From the IMG/VR virus record IMGVR_UViG_3300029288_004596, positions 128,001-192,000 of that record: a DNA stretch of 64,000 bases; one strand, given 5' to 3'. A program made the translations under genes and the position numbers. Position 1 is the first letter of the stretch; every line of letters starts with the position of its first letter. The notes beneath the pieces were generated by a model that saw only the letters and a list, made by a program, of their open reading frames with translations, was not told the origin of the DNA and ran no database searches. Of this stretch, positions 34,001 through 44,413 are shown piece by piece. This stretch comes from a virus (taxonomy: Duplodnaviria; Caudoviricetes).

Positions 34001-37000
34001 ATGAATATGATAGTTTCCAGCCACCCTTGGTATGGAAGAGAAATCTATCTGGAGACATCACGCTGTCCATTCATAAGGGTTCCTGTTCCTGGAGTCCCTC
34101 CTTCCATAGAATCTTTATCAGAACTATATGGGAACCTCATATCTGTATGTGTCCCGGAAGCTAGGTGTATCAATGGATAAACCCATAGACAAATGCAACT
34201 GGGTGGAGAAGTATATTACCTTGGCATGTGATGGGTTTCTACGTTTTGCCTATGTGAAATGGGCTGTGAGGGATCTTGATAATGTGGAACATGATGTCTC
34301 GGATCTCTTGAGGTGCCTCTATGGATGAAATATTGACCCCTGTAGATAAGTGCTCTTGGGTAGAGATGTATATCAAAGCTTGTGTAGTACACTTTATTAC
34401 TCTCCCCGCCACTAAGGAGGGTATAGGAGGTATTCCTAAAAGAGACTACACCTATTGCTCAGAGTATACTAGGTGCTGTGGTGGATAAGGTGGCTCTCTT
34501 GGAAGGACTTGTAAGTTGTTACTGGTATAACTCTAATGACCCTGACCCTTCCTGGGTGCTCAAAGAGTTGGAGGATCTCTCTGAGGAAGTAGTTCCCTTG
34601 AGTCAGTGGGATGAGGACATAACGAGGTGTGAGTTTGGATAAGCCTGTGTGGATAGAGCTTTGGCTTACTGGGCTGTTTCCTTGGCAGGTAGATAGCATG
34701 AAGCTTTTTATAGAGTTGAGGGTATGGGACGACTCCTATAGGAAACATACTAGGAAGGACAGGGACCAAGAGAGATGTAAGAATGGATAAATGCGTTTGG
34801 CTGGAAGGATGGCTTATATCCTTATATCCTAAGACAGAGGATGAATACAGGACGCTGGCTAACTGGATAGCTAAGGAGTTCTCAAAACCTCATAGGTCTG
34901 CTAATCCTACAGTAAGGTGTCAATTCGGGTAATGAAATACTATAGAGCTTCAACTTACCCAAGAGATTTGCCAGCTATTCTAGAAGAGATAATAACTGAT
35001 GGCATAGACTGCTATTCTTTTAATGACTTGTTCTCTTGTGAACCCCATCTCTATTGGGCGTATAGGGTTCTTTGTTGCCGTATAGAACTAGATAGTAGTG
35101 CGAGGGTTAGTGATGGCTGACAGGAGGTTTCTTGGATAGATGCGCTTTCTTTGAAGGAGTATGTTCCTCCAAGTTTAAGGACAGATTCTATGCTGGGACT
35201 ATAGCTTTGGTAGGCGGATTATCAGTAAGAGTTTGGCTCTCCAACACTTTCCGTCTCCCCTTTGGGGTTTACAACATACACCTAGAGTCTCACTGCGACT
35301 ACTTCCATATAGTCATACAGGAAACCGCTAATCCCAGGATTGACCTTAATGAACTATTGTATGAGTTGTTCCTGGTAAATGCAGGAGACACTGTGAGGCT
35401 CTTTAATGGATAAGTGCGTGGCTATTGAGAAGAATATTAACCATTACCTGGATGACTATCTTCGGGTCCACTACTTTGACCTAATCGGTCAGTATGCAAA
35501 CTATTTAAAAAGGCTGGGTTCTCAAACTTGGATAGAACCCTCACAATCAGGTTCTGTAAGGGTGTATGATGGATAAGTGTGAGGCTATTGAGTTTAACAT
35601 CCTTGAATATATAGAGGTATACTATAGGTATGATTACTCCACCCTCTTCGAGGTTATAAAGGAAGTCATAGAAGATGTGCTTAGGATTGACTGGGAAAAT
35701 CAGGAGATCCTCGATACAGTGAGAGTGTATGATGGATAGATGTGAGACTATTGAGACATCTATTGGTTACTATGTAAAGGACTATTTTGGAAATAGAGAC
35801 TCTGAGTTTACCAAATTTTACGTGTGGTGTATTGAGAAAGCAGCCTCTCCTGATTGGATTGAGTCTCGCCACTTACTCCTAGATTCTGTAAGGGTGCACG
35901 ATGGATAGGTGTGATATTATTGAGGACAACATCTCTTACTATGTGAACACCTACTATGTTTACGGATACAGTATGGAAATGGTTAAGGGAATTCTTGATG
36001 AGGTCCTAGCACCTAGCTGGGTTACTCCTGATATGCCTGACTCAGTAAGGATAGATGATGGATAAGTGTGTGGCAATAGAGAGTAACATTCAGGAGTACT
36101 TATATTATACCTCAGGAAAAGAGATTGATGTTTATGGTTTAGCTGGGATTGCTCTGTCTCTCATCAAGGAGGTTCAGTCCCCTGACTGGAAAGCTCTTGA
36201 TCAGCCCAATTATATGAGGGTGCGCAATGGATAAGTGTGTTATAGTAGAAGACGCTCTCTTCTATGATGACTGTTATGATGAGGTTCCAGACTTCTATGG
36301 GGACTTCCTAGAAGGTCTTATTGAGTATGGCATTCGTATTCAGACTAACCTCTGGACTCATAAGAGCAGGTTCACATACTATAATGGGAAGCCTGGTCCT
36401 TGGTTTGCCACCAAAGGTCTGGATATCTGGGGTCTAAGGGACAAGGTCATGGGGTACCTTGTTGGGGTAGCTTATCTGGATCCAAATTTCAGGTGTGAGA
36501 ATGGATAAGTGCGCTGTCACTGAAAGATATATTATTCACTGCATGTTTCTATATCAGGATGATTGGGACTCTGCGAGTACTGTGGTCATCCTTATTAAAG
36601 AGGTACACTCCCCAGACTGGGTGGAACCCGAGTTCCCAGACGCGTCGAGGAACTACAATGGATAGATGCACTTTCTTGGAGACAACCCTTATCTACTATG
36701 ATGGGCCTTTCAGACAATACCTTCTGAGTCGTTGGAAGATGTATAGGGAAGAGGATATGATTTATGTTCCCCCTATACCTGATGTTGTCTTTGTTCCCAA
36801 TAGACTTAGCTTAGATGATGAACTCAGGTGCGTGTATGGATAAGTGTCTTATTATAGAAAGTGTTATCTTTCAATCTCTGCGTCAGGTCCGAGATCTTGC
36901 CAATGTTGGAAAAGAGGCTAACCTCTCTTTTGCTGTGTCTTATATTAATAACCATGGGGGCTGGCTTAAGCCCAGGGAAAGAAGGACAAGCGAGTATAGG

Positions 37001-37761
37001 TGTAGAAGTGGATAAATGTTCTATTCTAGAAGATGTCTTGTATACTGGTCATATCAATGACTGTCATACTCTGTTCCAGATAAGGAAGATTCTTCCCAGA
37101 GTGCTTAGCGAATACCTTGCTACTCTGCACTTTAATGCTATGACTAGGAAGGTGTACTATACAATAAACTATCCTGGAATGCTTTATCACTCTGTTGAGT
37201 TCGTTCCTGAACTCTCTCTTATTGAGGAACTAGAAAAGCTCTGTCTCCTCTATAAGGACTGGCTTGTATACAGTCCAGTTTGGAAGTGCGAGTTTGGGTA
37301 GACAACTAGTACAGCCTGTACTGCCCTGGGGATTGCTATGTTCTTAAGTTTCTGTTCAATAATAGAAGACTACATAAGCAGCGGTTTTTATATCCGAAAG
37401 GAACACAACCCTATGGCCAGGCTCCGCAAGGGACTAGAGATAGAAGCTAGGTTTCTGTTCCTGGAGGAGGGTTGTGATGCCGACGTGAGGGTAGAGTATG
37501 GATAGGTGCGCAGTCTACGAGTACATCTCAGCCTATGGACGGCGTGAGGTTCGTTATGGTATAATACAGTTTGCTCTGCATAACTTTGGTCCTGTATACT
37601 GGGACAACTACTATATTGGAGAGCTTCATACTATTGAACTGAAGAAGGATCCTCGCTCTGTTATTGCGATTGAAATTCACTGTGGGGAGGGTGTTGAGGA
37701 AGCTGTCAACTCTCTTCTATCGAATACATTACCGCCCAATGTAAGGGCGCACTCAGGATGA
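31084..37761 (+). repeat. RxxxG mini-protein array B, block 2b (38 CDS)
   Basis: Hand-checked CDS: 31084-31272, 31269-31403, 31400-31534, 31531-31674, 31667-31828, 31830-31970, 31974-32123, 32116-32334, 32327-32479, 32472-32636, 32629-32778, 32771-32923, 32916-33071, 33064-33225, 33218-33397, 33401-33565, 33558-33722, 33715-33912, 33905-34180, 34173-34328, 34321-34488, 34481-34642, 34635-34790, 34783-34932, 34932-35120, 35132-35413, 35406-35576, 35569-35739, 35732-35908, 35901-36065, 36058-36234, 36227-36508, 36501-36665, 36658-36843, 36836-37015, 37008-37301, 37338-37505, 37498-37761. Confidence 0.88.
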
Positions 37762-37765
37762 TGCA

Positions 37766-38497
37766 ATGGAAAAAATCTACGAAGTTATTAAAGCTCATGA
37801 TCACATGGAGTTGGCTTCTATAGCTAATACTGAAAGGGATACCCTTTCCAGGTACTCTGAGATCATGGATCGCCCACTGAATATGGCAGCCAGAGAAGGC
37901 TGTATAGACTGTTGCGCTACCCTTGTGGCAGCGGGAGCTCCTGTAGGTCATGGTTCTATAGATGACATAGGAGTTTTCTCAGCTCTCTTTGTAGCGGCTG
38001 GAGCCGATAAGTTAGAGTGCTTCAAGTGGCTGGCAGAGCATGGATTTCCTATGGATCCTACTCCCTGCTCCTGCGAGTTCACTCCTTTCACTTACGCTAT
38101 CTACAAGTCTTCAAGGAGCGTCTTTGATTATCTTATAGACAGGGTGGATGTAAACTTCTCCGCTCCAAGAGGATATCCTCCTCTCACAGTGGCTCTTCTG
38201 CATGCCTCTGACGCTATCTACTATGCCAACAGGCTCCTGGAAAAGGGAGCTGATGTTCATGGCAAGGACCAGAATGGGAATATCCTTTTCAAGAACTCCA
38301 ACGGAGAAATTAACTCCATAAGATGGCATGTTCCATTTACTGCGGCTGCGGCCAAAGGACATGTGGAGATAATGAAGGCTCTTGTGGAGAAGGGCGTGGA
38401 CGTGCATGTCAAAGGATTTGACAGGGATGCTATGGCTTGCGCCAAGATGACTCAGGCTCAGGCGGCTATCAACTGTCTCAAAGAATTAGGTTACTAA
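37766..38497 (+). CDS. Ankyrin-repeat protein
   Basis: PLNMAAREGCIDCCATLVAAGA, GYPPLTVA...LLEKGADVH, AAAKGHVEIMKALVEKGVDV; paralog of 96..686. Confidence 0.9.
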   Translation: MEKIYEVIKAHDHMELASIANTERDTLSRYSEIMDRPLNMAAREGCIDCCATLVAAGAPVGHGSIDDIGVFSALFVAAGADKLECFKWLAEHGFPMDPTPCSCEFTPFTYAIYKSSRSVFDYLIDRVDVNFSAPRGYPPLTVALLHASDAIYYANRLLEKGADVHGKDQNGNILFKNSNGEINSIRWHVPFTAAAAKGHVEIMKALVEKGVDVHVKGFDRDAMACAKMTQAQAAINCLKELGY

Positions 38498-38507
38498 GGA
38501 GGATACA

Positions 38508-39605
38508 TTGGGAGTTACTGTTAAAGAATGTGCCGGCATCCTAGGCAAGATGATGGATGCGGCTATAGAATCTGGGGACCCAAAGATGTTCCCAACTACT
38601 ATGCTCTGGGGACCTCCAGGCATAGGCAAGTCCAGCATTATAAGGCAGGTGGCTGAGGAAAGGAACATAGGTTTCAGAGATGTCAGGTTGTCCCTGGTTA
38701 ATCCTGTGGACCTGAGAGGTTTGCCCATTCCTAACAAGGAGCACACCACAGCCAACTGGATTCCTCCAGTGTTTCTTCCTAATGAGGATGATAACCCTGT
38801 GGGAATACTGTTCCTGGATGAATATAATGCGGCTAGGGAGTTTGTGCAGGTAGCCGCTCTCCAGTTAATCCTGGATAAGGCTATTGGAGAATATGTCATG
38901 CCTCCCATGTGGTTTATAGTGGCCGCTGGAAATAGGGTCACTGACCATGTCTATGTCCAGAAGATGAGTAGCGCTCATGGAAATAGAATGGTGCACCTGG
39001 ACATAGAAGCGGATCTTCCAACCTGGAGGAACTGGGCCTATGAACATGACGTGCATCCTTTAGTCATGGGTTTTGTTCAGCTGTTCCCCCATTTCTTTAT
39101 GCAGGAACCCGGCAACGCTACTGGCGGAACCGCTATAACTGCTGACTATAAGGGATTCTGCACTCCCAGGTCCTGGGCTGTGGCTTCTAGAATGTACTCT
39201 GTATTCAGAGGAGCTGAGGACAGGATTCTTTATGAGATACTGGGTGGAACTGTGGGACCAGAAGCTGCTGGTCAGTTTGTGGCTTTCTCTAAGATAGAAG
39301 AAGCCCTTCCTGACTTTGGACAGATACTGGATGGAACTGCCCGTGGAGAGATTGCTAAGGATGACCCAGCTATATCCTGGAGTTGCATCTCTGGTATGGT
39401 GGGAACATTGCTTAGAAGGAATCCTTTGGACGCTAGATCCATGTCAAACTTTATGGGTTGGCTGACTACGTGGCTGGCCAGCGAGTTTCAGACCAGTGCT
39501 ATGGTTGAGCTGGTGCACTCAGGAAGATGGAATGAACTTGTAATGTTCGCTCCTGTCTCTGAGTGGTACGAAGAGAACGGGAAATATTTAAAGGCTAACA
39601 TATGA
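38508..39605 (+). CDS. MoxR-like AAA+ ATPase
   Basis: Walker A GPPGIGKS, DLRGLP, Walker B ILFLDE, VAAGNR, TPRSW. Confidence 0.9.
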   Translation: MGVTVKECAGILGKMMDAAIESGDPKMFPTTMLWGPPGIGKSSIIRQVAEERNIGFRDVRLSLVNPVDLRGLPIPNKEHTTANWIPPVFLPNEDDNPVGILFLDEYNAAREFVQVAALQLILDKAIGEYVMPPMWFIVAAGNRVTDHVYVQKMSSAHGNRMVHLDIEADLPTWRNWAYEHDVHPLVMGFVQLFPHFFMQEPGNATGGTAITADYKGFCTPRSWAVASRMYSVFRGAEDRILYEILGGTVGPEAAGQFVAFSKIEEALPDFGQILDGTARGEIAKDDPAISWSCISGMVGTLLRRNPLDARSMSNFMGWLTTWLASEFQTSAMVELVHSGRWNELVMFAPVSEWYEENGKYLKANI

Positions 39606-40717
39606 ACGCTGCCGAGTATGTAAAGTGGGCTATTAACCAGATGATTCAGAGGCATCCATGGTTTGGGGTTATAGCTATGTATATTCCTGTAAAGGAAGAC
39701 CCCAAGATAGAGACTGCCGCTACTGATGGAAGGATTCTTATGTACTGCCCAGAGTTTATTGAGAAGGTGGCTACAGAGTATTCTCCTCAGCATGTGGTTT
39801 CCCTCATGATGCATGAGATACTCCATATCGCCTTAAAGCATCCTTCCAGAAAGATGGGAAGGATTCATGATCTCTGGAATATAGCCTGCGATATAGCTGT
39901 AGACTACATAATAAAGTCTTCAGGAATGCCCACTATGGAGATACTGGATCCTGAGACTGGGGAGCCCGCTTATGCTGAGTTTGACAATCTCTCAGCCGAA
40001 GTTATATACGCTAAGCTTCTAAGGCACGCTAAGATAGTATTGGTGGGGGGACCTGGCAACCATGATGAGTGGGGAACCTGCGAGTTTGATGTGGGAACGC
40101 TGGACCAGGTTATAAGGACAGCCAATGCTGTAGCTAGAAGAGCTGGGAAGATGCCCGGGTCTCTGGAATCTATGGTGGATAAAGCTCTGGCTCCCAAAGT
40201 CAACTGGAGGGAAGTGCTCCATAGATTCGTGGAGCCCAAGGCCGCTGACTATGACCTTATACCTCCAGACAGGAGATACCTGAATGAGATATATGATTAC
40301 GTGTATCTCCCTGATCTCAAGGAGTATGAGGAGATAACCAATATTATAATAGCGGTGGACACCTCAGGTTCCATAACTGATGATTTGCTTTCCCAGTTTC
40401 TGGGAGAGATCTTCTCTATAAAGGCTATGAGTCCCACTATCGCTATGAAGATAATAACATGTGACTGCGAGGTTCATGATGTCTTTGACGTGGATGGAGA
40501 AATGCCTAAGATAACCTTCAAGGGTAGGGGAGGAACCTCCTTTGTCCCTGTCTTTAAGGATATAGAGACTAAGAAGAGAGACCCCAAAGCCTTGATATAT
40601 TTAACTGACGCCTATGGGAACTTTCCTGTCAAGGCTCCGGAATATCCAGTGCTGTGGGTCATCTCTAATGAAGACGAACACGTTATTCCTTTTGGAGAAG
40701 TTGTGAGGCTGGTATGA
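39602..40717 (+). CDS. DUF2201-type metallopeptidase-VWA protein
   Basis: TAATDG, HEILH, WNIACD, MIDAS VDTSGS, GRGGT, YLTDAYG; adjacent to MoxR AAA+. Confidence 0.88.
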   Translation: MNAAEYVKWAINQMIQRHPWFGVIAMYIPVKEDPKIETAATDGRILMYCPEFIEKVATEYSPQHVVSLMMHEILHIALKHPSRKMGRIHDLWNIACDIAVDYIIKSSGMPTMEILDPETGEPAYAEFDNLSAEVIYAKLLRHAKIVLVGGPGNHDEWGTCEFDVGTLDQVIRTANAVARRAGKMPGSLESMVDKALAPKVNWREVLHRFVEPKAADYDLIPPDRRYLNEIYDYVYLPDLKEYEEITNIIIAVDTSGSITDDLLSQFLGEIFSIKAMSPTIAMKIITCDCEVHDVFDVDGEMPKITFKGRGGTSFVPVFKDIETKKRDPKALIYLTDAYGNFPVKAPEYPVLWVISNEDEHVIPFGEVVRLV

Positions 40718-40941
40718 GAATAGAAGACGCCCTTGATGAGTTAGAAGGGATGCTTCTAATAGATGGTCCTCAAGGCGTCAGCAAATACCTTGAAGGCCTC
40801 ATAGAAATTCATCCCGATCCTTTTCGCCTTGTGTCCAACAGGCTGGATAGGTTAGTCCCGGGCTGGAAGAATGACAAGACTGCCATATCTACAGCCACTA
40901 TAGCCGCCAGCGTCATGTTCATGGTGATGAGCGATGGATAA
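40714..40941 (+). CDS. Hypothetical protein
   Basis: Coupled ORF ending in Gly with ATGGATAA overlap. Confidence 0.55.
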   Translation: MRIEDALDELEGMLLIDGPQGVSKYLEGLIEIHPDPFRLVSNRLDRLVPGWKNDKTAISTATIAASVMFMVMSDG

Positions 40942-41239
40942 GTGCGCTCTTGTAGAGGAAACCCTTAGGGTTATAGATAAGTGGCCAGGGTTCTCTTGGA
41001 GTCTTGTCAAGAGATCCACTGTGGAGAAGAATAGTTTTTACTTTCTAGTCTCCCAGCTATGGTATCTGTATCCCTCTTCTCTTGGATGTTATTCCACTGG
41101 GGACTTAGGCTACTCTATGACTCTGCACATAACATACAACAATCATGTGGTTGGAGGATTAGTGATAGCCCCAACCTTCAAGGAGTTTATAGAGTCCATG
41201 CTTGTGTCTATAAACTATTTTACTAGGAGATATGTATAG
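40934..41239 (+). CDS. Orphan array-B-like protein lacking terminal Gly
   Basis: Starts MDKCALVEE, ends TRRYV. Confidence 0.65.
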   Translation: MDKCALVEETLRVIDKWPGFSWSLVKRSTVEKNSFYFLVSQLWYLYPSSLGCYSTGDLGYSMTLHITYNNHVVGGLVIAPTFKEFIESMLVSINYFTRRYV

Positions 41240-44200
41240 ATGGAATATCCTTTCAAGCTTGGAGACAAGATAATAGTTAATCCTCAGGCCCTGTTGGCTC
41301 CTGAGGAACTAGGTTCCCTGCATGCCATAGTCACTGGAGTACAGCTGTACTTGAGTTCTTATAGCTATGATGTGGAACTCCAAGATAACCCTTCTCAGTT
41401 TCTGCCCAACGCCACTATTCCCATGGCCAATGTGGAGTATCTGTCCATGGAAGCGAGTTCAGGCAAGGAGTTTAGGCACCTGCCATTTCCTGGGGACTCG
41501 GTTATGGTAGGGTCTCAGGTCCTTTCAGCTGTCTCAGCTCACTACTTCCTGGATGGACAAGGAGAGATAGCTGGCTCTGTGAGGTGCAATAAAGATGGGG
41601 TTTACTCCAAGCATCAGGTCAAGAATGTTACTGTAATCTCCAGTCTGGAGGAATAATGGCCAGTAAACCAAAAGTGTGTCCTTTTAGAGTAGGAGAGATA
41701 GTGGAATATGCCGGGGGTTTGTGGCATATCGCTTCTATGAAGACTTTTAAGACTACCTATTCTATGTATCTAAGAGAGATGAATGAAAACCTAGGAGACA
41801 TAGCGGCTATCAAGTCAGGTCTGTATGGACGTCTGCGGGAGGTTAAGGATACTGATGAGAAACTTATAATAAGAGCAACCCTCTTTGGACAGAGTTCTAT
41901 AAAGGACTTCTTCTCTGATCATAAGGATGACCATGCTGTGGCTGGGAGCGTTGTGCTTTACAACAATAAGATCCTGACAGTAAATAGAACTAAGGCTCAG
42001 GTCAGATACTCCATAGCGAATGATAAGTTCTTCTTTGATGGCGTAGCCACTCTCAGTGATGGAACCAGATGTTATCTCCATAATCTGTGTGTAATAGGAG
42101 AGGACTTGGAGGAGTAATGCCAAGACCTATCAAGTATCCTCTTCCATGGAAGCCTGGAGATGTATTCTACAAGGATGATCAGCTGGGATATATCTATAAG
42201 ATGGAACTCTATAAGACTGTGGCTTACGCCTGGGGGAAAACTCTATTGTCCACTAACTCTGCGGAGCAGCTTTTTTCCTGGCTCAAGAACGAAAGGGGCG
42301 GAGCCCAGGTCTTCCTCGACTATGTTAAGGATCTTAAGATAAGACCAGCCCGAGTCTGCAACTGCTCCAATCTCCTGGATGTACATCCTATAGATCCTGA
42401 TCACCTAAGGGACTTGGTTCCAGAGTCTTTAATAATACATAATGGTTCTATAGAGGTGGTTAAGCATATTGTTCATCTAATTTATATTAAGAATCCTTTT
42501 GGAGTCCTTGACCTCAAGACTTCCGCACACCTTATAGGTAAGGGAGATTGTTCTATAGAGGGTTGTATTCCATGCTCAGGAGAAGGACAATGGCTGGAGG
42601 AATAGAATATCAGATAGGAGACTTGATTAAGACTCCTGAAACTGTAGGGTACATCAGCAGAACTAAACGCTCTAGAGACGAGTACACTGTGCATATCAGG
42701 AACATGACAAACTTCTCTCCAGACAGGCTTCCCAAAGAAGAGGACTTCCAGGACCTGAGAGTCTTCAGAGCTCTTGCCTACGACTCGACAGCCTTTTATG
42801 TTCCAGAAGCGTTAGAGCATCTTAACATAAAAGGAAGGACCTCTATCATGGATCTAGTTCCTAGAAAAGGAGAGGATAATCTTTTCGTATACCCTGGCAG
42901 TCTAGTGTTGTCCGAGGGCAGAATTTGTGTGGTTACTTCAGTAAGCCATATAATATACAGGAATGATATCGGTCCTGATTCATTGTGCACTTATATAAGA
43001 TGTGAACTTGGGGAGGTCAAAGCCAACAACTTTGTTTTGTTGGAGGACTTGGAGGAATAATGGCTTCTAAGAGAGTGTCCTGTCCTTTCAGGGTAGGAGA
43101 CGTGATAAAATATGAAGGAAGTCCCGCGCATGTAGTTGGAGTAGAGACTTGGAAGACTACCTATTCTATAAGCTACAGGAGATTTACCGCTGCCATAGAG
43201 GACGAACAGACTCTCAGGAGATGCCTCTTTGGTCTGCACTATTGTATAAGGAACGCTGAGAAGGTTAAGATAGAAAAAAGCGATATCCTAGGGCACACTT
43301 CCATAACCAGTCTCTTTGAAGGGGTCAGGCAGCATCCTGTCACAGGAAGCCTTGTGGTGTATGGAGACAAGATGTATTCAGTTTCCCATGTCAGTGTCTA
43401 CGCCCGCATTTACGCAGACGCTTATTATGTGGAAGGCACAGCTAGAATAGATGGAGGTTACAACCATTTTATCAGCAACCTCACTCTTGTGGGAGATGAT
43501 CTAGAGGAATGAAGAATTACAAGTGTCCTTTCAGAGTAGGGGATATAGTAGTCTGCGATGGAATACATGGGATCATCCATTACATGGAGCAGTATAAGAC
43601 TGTGGCTTATTTATGGATCTGGTATGGAGATCATGATAACCTCAAAGATATTTACTGGAATGGCAACTCTTATAAGGTTAGAGTTGACAACCAGCGAACT
43701 ATAGAGAAGAAACCCATGTTTAGCCATAGTTCTTTTTCTGAACTCTATATGGATGCAGAGGACTATCACCCTATGGTTGGGGATCTGGTAATCTCTTCCT
43801 CTGGAATCCATAAGGTCGTCCATACTGACTTGGGAGTCAACATAGTGGATGACACTTTCTATATCAGAGGACATGTTAAGTTAGATAATGGGGATATGGT
43901 AAGGCTTTTTGATGTCTCTTACCTTGCGGGAGGAGACTTGGAAGAATGAGCAAGAAGAGAGTGGTCTGTCCCTTTAGAGTGGGAGATATAGTAGAGTATA
44001 ACAATCGCAAGTATTGTATCACATTCCTGGAGACTTGGAAAACCACCTACTCTATGAGTCTTTTAAAGCTCAACTCGGAGGCCAGGGATGTGGAGGAACT
44101 TAAGAACTTCCTTGGTGGAAGAGCTATTAATCACAGGAATGCTGAAGGATTCCCTATGAAGAAGAGTTCTATACTGGGATACTCCTCTATGCTTGGACTC

Positions 44201-44413
44201 TTCCAGAGCAAGAACTGGGATCGTGAACAGCCAGTGACTGGGGACCTTGTCCTTTTCATGGATAAACTCTTTACAGTGACGTCTACTTATCTGTATGCCG
44301 TCACTTATTCAGGAGCCTTTGATATAGATGGAACTGTGAGAGTTGATGATGAGTATAATTCCAGGCGCTATTTGGAATCTGTTCGGGTGATGGGAGATGA
44401 CTTAGAAGAATGA
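41240..44413 (+). repeat. Tandem paralog array C (7 CDS, duplicated SH3/KOW-like beta domain, ..LEE tail)
   Basis: CDS 41240-41656, 41656-42117, 42117-42605, 42590-43060, 43060-43512, 43509-43949, 43946-44413; (C)PF[RK]VGD.V.Y...E.[WYF]KT.Y...P..G[SD]LV; all end LEE. Confidence 0.85.

Noticed and set aside
27648-37007. Track N-terminal extensions of array ORFs (e.g. 27648, 28609, 29052, 33474, 36559, 36861)
   Set aside because: They are off-frame readings of the upstream array member; true starts are at the junction NTG
25900-37761. CRISPR array suggested by the periodic GGATAATGACAT.TG motif
   Set aside because: Repeats are degenerate, spacing is 125-300 nt and variable, every unit is an open reading frame, and no cas genes are present
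23872-37761. Stop-codon reassignment explaining the short ORFs
   Set aside because: TAA, TAG and TGA all terminate members, consecutive units are usually in different frames, and long core genes are intact in the standard code
23872-37761. Decayed pseudogene of one giant repeat protein, or a programmed-frameshift polyprotein
   Set aside because: Breaks always fall right after the Gly, with a new start and RBS; junction offsets differ and no slippery sequence is evident; not fully excluded without Ribo-seq
7482-37761. Classical integron or diversity-generating retroelement
   Set aside because: No integrase or reverse transcriptase in the window, no intergenic room for attC sites, and no template/variable repeat pair with adenine-specific differences seen
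23872-37761. Strict covariation of N-terminal and C-terminal Cys (obligate disulfide)
   Set aside because: Several Pro-type N-termini pair with non-Cys tails, but many Cys/Val and two Pro/Cys combinations exist
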